NCBI RefSeq assembly: GCF_009914755.1
Contig: NC_060941.1
Reading direction: 5' to 3' (one strand)
DNA: 64,000 bases
Source of the DNA: the human T2T-CHM13v2.0 reference genome, Homo sapiens
Position 1 is the first letter of the stretch; the number at the start of each line of letters is the position of its first letter. Of this stretch, positions 56,535 through 64,000 are shown one piece after another. The notes beneath the pieces were generated by a model. The model was not told where the DNA came from. It made no database searches and was given only the letters and a program-made list of their open reading frames with translations. The position numbers were made by a program, and so were the translations under genes.

Positions 56535-57134
56535 TTATCTATCCTTTTTATTAAAGCATCATATTAATGATTTTAAATTTTGTGTGTAGGTAGTTGTATT
56601 ACCTATGAATTTCACTCCAGGATAATACACAGGTATTTGGAAATATTTGTGATATAAAATAGGTATTGGATTCAGTAGAGTTGGGAACCATTGCTTTTAA
56701 ATGATCAAAATTGAACAGCTGATTGTGAAAGTTTAAATATAGCTCTGGGTACTCACGAACTTTCCTGACAGTACCAGAAATTTGAGAGCAGTGATCAGCA
56801 AAAGTGAATAGACATTATTTCACTTGGTTTTGCGTTGGCCCTTGCATTATCGATTTGCATAGCAGGTGTCTGATTAAATTTCTCAGCCTGTATGTACAAG
56901 CAGGTACAGGATTGTTAGTAGCATTTTTGAAGCTCTGTTGAAGATGATCACATCTTATACATGAATATGCCTGCCCTTCAACTTAGCATTCACACCCCAC
57001 CCAACCGAGACAAAGACAGGGAATTAAAAAAACACAAATCAAGCATAGCAAAGGGGAAAAAGCTCTTGGAATCTTTTCCTATCCCTTCAGAAGTCCCAAG
57101 TGTGGATCAAGATCCTGTGCTCTGTGGCTTTCAG

Positions 57135-57286
57135 GTGAGGGTATGGCAGATAGGCTGTCAGACCCAGAAGCTGGAGGAGGCCCTGAAGGAACACAAGTCA
57201 TCAGTGTCCTGCATTAGGGTGAAGAGGAACAACGAGGAGTGTGTCACCGCCAGCACCGATGGGACTTGTATCATTTGGGACCTTGT
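57135..57286 (+). CDS. CFAP52: CFAP52 exon 11 (152 nt)
   Basis: tttcag|GTGAGG...CCTTGT|gtaggt; VRVWQIGCQ...DGTCIIWDL(V). Confidence 0.93.
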
Positions 57287-57562
57287 GTAGGTACCTGTGA
57301 TGGGGAGGATGCAGTGATACCTGCAAAATCCAATCATGCCAACAGTTTATTGAACATGAGAGAAGATTCACATGGAGGGTAGAAATCTTATTTAAGGCAA
57401 CACAGTAAAGGGATGTTCATCAGAAGCCGTTCATGACGGTCCATGGTTTATCGATGCTAGTGGGGAGGGTTACAATTTCCAGGAAGAACTGAATGTTAGA
57501 AGTTTCTGGGCAGATAGGGAAATAGCTTTCTGTGTCCACACAGTGAAGCATGGTTTAACTTA

Positions 57563-58014
<452 letters not shown>

Positions 58015-58471
58015 TTATCATTCCAGTTAGTCAGGTGAAGCCCAGAATGAACTTCCCATGGAGGGGAGGGATGCTGGTGGGACATACATTTGCCTTTCCC
58101 CTCGGTTGGCTGCATTCCCGGGGACCTCTTATGCTCCGAGCGTATCACACCCCCATAGAATGACTAACTTCAAACTAACTAGACCAAAGCCTGTGAACTT
58201 TATTGTAGGAGTAACTCAAAGGATTTTTGAACAGTGGCTTTTTGAATTTTTGACTATAAGCATTTTTGCTGTGTTTTTATTTTAGAATCGGATGCCATTC
58301 CTCCACCCCTCTCCCCACCCACCTATCACCCCTCTACCCCTCCTACGAGGCACTGCCTCTATATCACTGCATACGAGAGACGAGGATAAGTGCAAAGATG
58401 GGAGGAAGGAGGCACGCACGACAAAGAACATGAGATACGCTTGATGGGAATGAGAACTCAATGTGTACTTA

Positions 58472-58884
<413 letters not shown>

Positions 58885-59319
58885 TCATTAAATTTAGCAT
58901 GGTACCTGAGATTCTGCATTTCTAAGAAGCTGCCAACTGAGAGTGCTGGTTCAAGGACCACACTTGTAGGAAGTGTTAGGCTATACCTGACCTTCCTCCT
59001 GGGAAAATATAGAACTAGAAGGACATGTCTGAACTTATTTCTATGGATGCTTTGTGACTGCCTCAAATCCTTAAAGCTGTTCCGTTGTGTAGCAGGAATT
59101 CTTGTGCCAAAATCTTTAAAAATGCTCAGCTCAGATACCACGTTTGAAAACTTCCATAATGAGAAGAAACTGTGCAGAAGGTGCATTTTTTAGCCAGGAA
59201 AGCCTGGCCTGTGAGATGGCCACCCACCACATTGTCTGTGGAAGGAGAAGCGATATTTACATATTTCTTGGTACAGTATCTAAGGCAGGGGTTCTATTAT
59301 GCACATAAAAATCAACTGA

Positions 59320-59605
<286 letters not shown>

Positions 59606-60338
59606 CATAATACCCATTTTAAAAATACCCTTCCCAGGCCGGGCTCTCTTCAGTTGCGGGAGGCCAGCTCCCTCTTGGGGGCACCCTGGGCAGGGTAGGG
59701 GGTGGGTCTTGGGAGGGACTTCTTACCATATGCAGACAAGGGTTGAGCCTGCCAGCTTTTGGGACATCCCCACGTGACAGGCTCGTGCTTTCCGAGGGTT
59801 GTGCATGATATGGTACGTCCAAACCTGTGTACAAATGTGTACATGACATCTTGCTACAGCTTTTATTTGTGAATTAAAGATACATCGATGATTAAAACAT
59901 AAACAAAATAAAATACCCTTCCCCACATTCTGCTTCTCAGACTGTAGGGAGCTCCACTTCCAAATGGTGGCCTCAGGACTCAAGTACATTGTGTGGGAGG
60001 CAGCAGGTTGGCTGTGAGTTCAGCCTCTTCTGCTTCTTCTTCCCTGGAACTTAAGGGTTCTCATTGAGTTTCGTGCTCTGTCTTTAGGAAAGGGCCCTTC
60101 CCATTGTCCTCTGGTGGTCACTGATAGGCCAACCGGAGTACACAGAAGTAGAGAGGACAGGGTGACCTGAAGTCTGTTTTGAAGAAATACAAGCACCACT
60201 TTGCTGAGCAGTATGAGATGTTTGGCATGGAGATAAACCAACCCAAATCCCAGCTTGCACCAAATCCAGCTTGAATAGTGAATAAATTTCCTAGGGAAGA
60301 GAAAGTCGACTTTCACAGCTTTTGAATCTACTTTCCAG

Positions 60339-60441
60339 GCGTCTCAGGAGGAATCAGATGATACTAGCCAACACCTTATTCCAGTGTGTGTGCTATCACC
60401 CTGAGGAGTTCCAGATCATCACCAGCGGAACAGACAGAAAG
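60339..60441 (+). CDS. CFAP52: CFAP52 exon 12 (103 nt)
   Basis: ttccag|GCGT...AGAAAG|gtgagt; RLRRNQMILANTLFQCVCYHPEEFQIITSGTDRK. Confidence 0.95.
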
Positions 60442-60489
60442 GTGAGTCCTCCCAGTGAGAGATGAGATCTTTCCAGCGCAAGAGAAAAG

Positions 60490-60735
60490 CAGTGAGGCGT
60501 TGTGGTGGAGGGTGCGGGCTCTGGAGTCAAACCACCTTGTTTCCAATGGTGGTCTGTCATCAATCAGCCATGCCACTTTGGAAAGGCCATATCACCTTCC
60601 AGTGTCTTCACTTCCCCACCTGTTAAGTGGAAATGGTACCACTGACCTCATAGAGTAAGGATTAAAGTCATGCTTGCTCATGGTGCTTATAGCAGGGGGT
60701 CTGGCACATAGTAGGTACTCAATAGATTGGTTTTT
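60490..60735 (+). mobile_element. MIR
   Basis: GGCTCTGGAGTCA...GGCACATAGTAGGTACTCAATA. Confidence 0.65.
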
Positions 60736-60876
60736 ATTATTAGGGAATTTCTGAGACTGGAGTAGAATTGCTGTGCCCAAACCGGTTATCACTTTGACTA
60801 AATTCAGACAGAAAGGCAATAGAGCTCCTCATCTCTCAGCACTGTACTTCATCAATACATTAAAAATCTACACACG

Positions 60877-61173
60877 GAGCCAAGCGTGGTGGCTGATGCC
60901 TGTAATTCCAGCACTTTGTGAGGCTGAGGCGGGTGGATCACCTGAGGTCAGGAGTTCGAGACCAGCCTAGCCAACATGGTGAAACCCCATCTCTACAAAA
61001 AATACAAAAAATTAGTAGGGTGTGGTAGCGGGTGCCTGTAATCTCAGCTACTCAAGAGGCTGAGGCATGAGAATTGCTTGAACCTGGGAAGTGGAGGTTG
61101 CGGCGAGCCAAGATTGCACCACTGCACTCCAGTCTGGGTGACAGAGCAAGACTCTCTCTTAAAAAAAAAAAAA
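60877..61173 (+). mobile_element. Alu (S)
   Basis: Alu dimer with poly(A). Confidence 0.9.
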
Positions 61174-61954
61174 AATTCTACATATGGTACAGATTTCCCA
61201 GCTAAAGAGGAAGGTGAAGGTTCATCCTTCTGTTTGGGGGAATGTTCACCCTTGGAGCAAGCAAGGGGTCCCTGCTCTCATGAACCTTACTTCCCTAATT
61301 TATTTTGGGTAGGAGGGGATGGAATTGGCTAATACACACATGAACCAATCCATGAATGGACAATGAATAACAAGTGAACAAGAGATGAGATGGTGAAAGG
61401 ACTGAGAAAGGAGATAGAACTGGTGACATGATACTGGCGGGCGGGGGAAAGCTCCTTCAGCTGGGGTGGTGGGTGAAGGCCTCCTTAAGGAGCAGCATCT
61501 GAGTGAGGCCTGAATGACAGAAGGACTCAGTCAATGCCTAGACCTCAAGGAAGGGCATCTCTGGCAGAGGACACTCCAGTAAGATGGAGCCCTACTGGGG
61601 CTGCCCAGGAGAGTGTCAATTTGGCTTCTTTGGCTGGGAAGGCAGGCAGTCAAGTTCCAACTACTTCTGTGGGTGTGAATCCTGAGAAACATGGGTTCTG
61701 GCATGGTTTTCTATCTCTTTAGGCGTTTACTATGAAATCAGAACTTTTTTGTTAACATGATCAAGCATCAACAGACATTACAAAGCAAAAGAAAAAAATT
61801 AACAAGAAATAGTATGCATAATGTCTAGCTAGATTCAGAGGAATACAGACTCCTGGCAGAGTGACTGGAACACAGCACGTTTCCGACATGAAACAATGAG
61901 AAACAAATGAAATGCACGTGCAGGTTTGCACTCCTGATTCCTGGTCAAGCACTC

Positions 61955-62745
61955 TTTTTTTTTTTTTTTTTTTCAACTTTAAGTTCAGGGGTACATGTGC
62001 AGGATGTGCAGGTTTGTTCCATAGGTAAACATGTGCCGTGGTGGTTTGCTGTACGGATCATCCCATCACCTCGGTATTAAGCCCTGCATGCATTAGCTAT
62101 TCTTCCTGATGCTCTTCCTCCCCCCACCCACCACCCCCCGACAGGTGCCCCAGAGTGTGTTGTTTCCCCACGTGTCCATCTCTTTTCATCCTTCAGCTTC
62201 CACTTGTAAGTGAGAACATGTGGTGTTTGGTTTTCTGTTCCTGCGTTAGTTTGCTGAGGATAATGGCTCCCAACTCCATCCATGTCCCGGCAAAGGACAT
62301 GATCTTGTTCCTTTTCATGGCTGCATAGTATTCCGTGGTATATATCTGCCACATTTTCTTAAGTTTATTCTGTTTTTTTTGGAGACAGAGTCTCACTTTG
62401 TCACCCAGGCTGGAGTGCAGTGGCATAATCTCAGCTCACTGCAACCTCCTACAACTTTCACCTCCTGGGTACAAGTGATTCTCATGCCTCACCCTCCCAA
62501 GTAGCTGGCACTACAGGTGTGTGCCACCACATCCAGCTAATTTTTGTATTTTTAGTACAGACAGGGTTTCACCATATTGCCCAGGCTGGTCTCGCATTCC
62601 TGACCTCAAGCAACGGGCCCAACTCGGCTTCCCAAAGTGCTGGGATTATAGGTGTGAGCCGCTGCACCCAGCTGGCCGTATCGCATTTTCTTTATGCAGT
62701 CTATCATTGATGGGCATTTAGGTTGATTCCCTGTCTTTGCTATCA
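61955..62745 (-). mobile_element. L1PA 3' fragment interrupted by an Alu
   Basis: Relic [21 protein letters not shown]; poly(T) at left end. Confidence 0.85.
62373..62677 (-). mobile_element. Alu nested in L1PA
   Basis: Alu dimer motifs; L1 resumes after it. Confidence 0.85.
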
Positions 62746-63453
62746 TAAACAGAAGCATTCTTTCCTAAGAAGGAAATTTAAATCTTGAATAGATTGTGCA
62801 TTCACAAAGTTTAAGGTACAAAGGCAGTATATTCAGGAAAAAAATCACCCTCCTTTAGGCACCTGTCTCTCCATCCCTAAGGTAGTTCTGCTCCCCAACA
62901 GGGAACCAAGGTTACCAGTTCCTCTTTAAACTCTACCCTGTGGAATATTTCAGTGCTTTGGAGCAGAAGGGAAAGTTGGGAATAAGGGTGGTGTGAGGAA
63001 GAGGGAGGGCGCAGTCCCAGTGGGAGGGTGCCTGTACAGCCCAGTCTCTAGAACTCTGGGGAGTGGGGAGTGCTCATCCCCCAGTGAGAAGGAAGAAAAT
63101 GCTTTTCCTCCCTCCAGGCCTGAAGCTTAGCTGTGGATGCAGAGGCTGTTCTTTCTTTTACAGCTTGCTTCAGGCTGAATCTTCTTAGTCTTATCAAAAG
63201 CCCTTTCTGTCTTAATCCAGGTTTATCAGCACATCAACATGTCTTTAAATAGAATGCAAATTTAAAACCAATACTAAAAATATTAAAATGGTTTTGCCAC
63301 CCCCTGCTGTAGCCTATTTATAATTTCAGCCAGTATCATCCCGTGGTGTATTTTTGCTCCCTTCTATATAAAGTAGAGCCATCTTTTGTTAGCATGTGCA
63401 TGGATGACTCTCCTGAGCTGAGTCCTGCTTAATGCTTCTTTCCTGAATTCCAG

Positions 63454-63565
63454 ATTGCTTACTGGGAAGTATTTGATGGGACAGTAATCAGAGAATTGGA
63501 AGGTTCCCTGTCTGGGTCGATAAATGGCATGGATATCACACAGGAAGGGGTGCACTTTGTCACAG
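63454..63565 (+). CDS. CFAP52: CFAP52 exon 13 (112 nt)
   Basis: ttccag|ATTGCT...TCACAG|gttagt; IAYWEVFDGTVIRELEG...VHFVT(G). Confidence 0.95.
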
Positions 63566-64000
63566 GTTAGTCCTGGGATAGGAAAAAGCCAAGCCTGGCT
63601 TATTTAGACGAGGACATGGAAGGAACTCCCAGGCTAGAGGCAATTGGAAAAGACAACAAAAGGGTCTCAAGGCAACTTGGTTAGAATCAGATTCCAACCA
63701 ATACTGCAGCCAATGTGGCTGAGAAAGAAAAATCCAGAAGTCACATTTCAATGAGAGGAAACATTTGCACAAGAGCCTTAAGAGCACAAATAAAAGCCAA
63801 GACTTAGATTGCTAGGCTTGCTATTTTTGGTGGGCATTGATAATAGAAATGGGGCCTTTAAATGGCCTGGGCTGTCCAGCATACTTCTAAAGTCTTAAAA
63901 GCCAGTCTTTTAATTCCACTTTATTATTGCATGATGCGATGCCCTTCCCACCAAAACAAATGAATTAACCAATATTTCAAAGGGGCATTTACCACACAAC

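Overview
Human (primate) genomic DNA spanning intron 1 to intron 13 of CFAP52/WDR16 on the + strand, a WD40 microtubule-inner protein of motile cilia. Twelve coding exons (2-13, 1617 nt) join through canonical AG/GT sites into one uninterrupted frame; exon 1 and the last exon lie outside the window. Intron 8 holds a full-length, sense-oriented L1HS of the pre-Ta type (37695-43730) with intact ORF1, ORF2 and ORF0 and a 15-bp TSD. Intron 3 holds a full-length antisense RPL19 processed pseudogene and an LTR18-like solo LTR. The rest is about 55 Alus, old L1/L2/MIR/LTR fragments, DNA-transposon fossils and microsatellites; nearly all short ORFs in the track are repeat artefacts. I see no previously undescribed biological system. 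The best leads are the intact L1 and its possible effects on the host gene, a fold-back template-switch fossil at about 52 kb, several collapsed inverted-Alu junctions, a twin-primed L1, and unusual splice architecture at exons 6 and 11. Exon and TSD coordinates were counted by hand. Most repeat boundaries are approximate and subfamily names come from recalled consensus, not a search.
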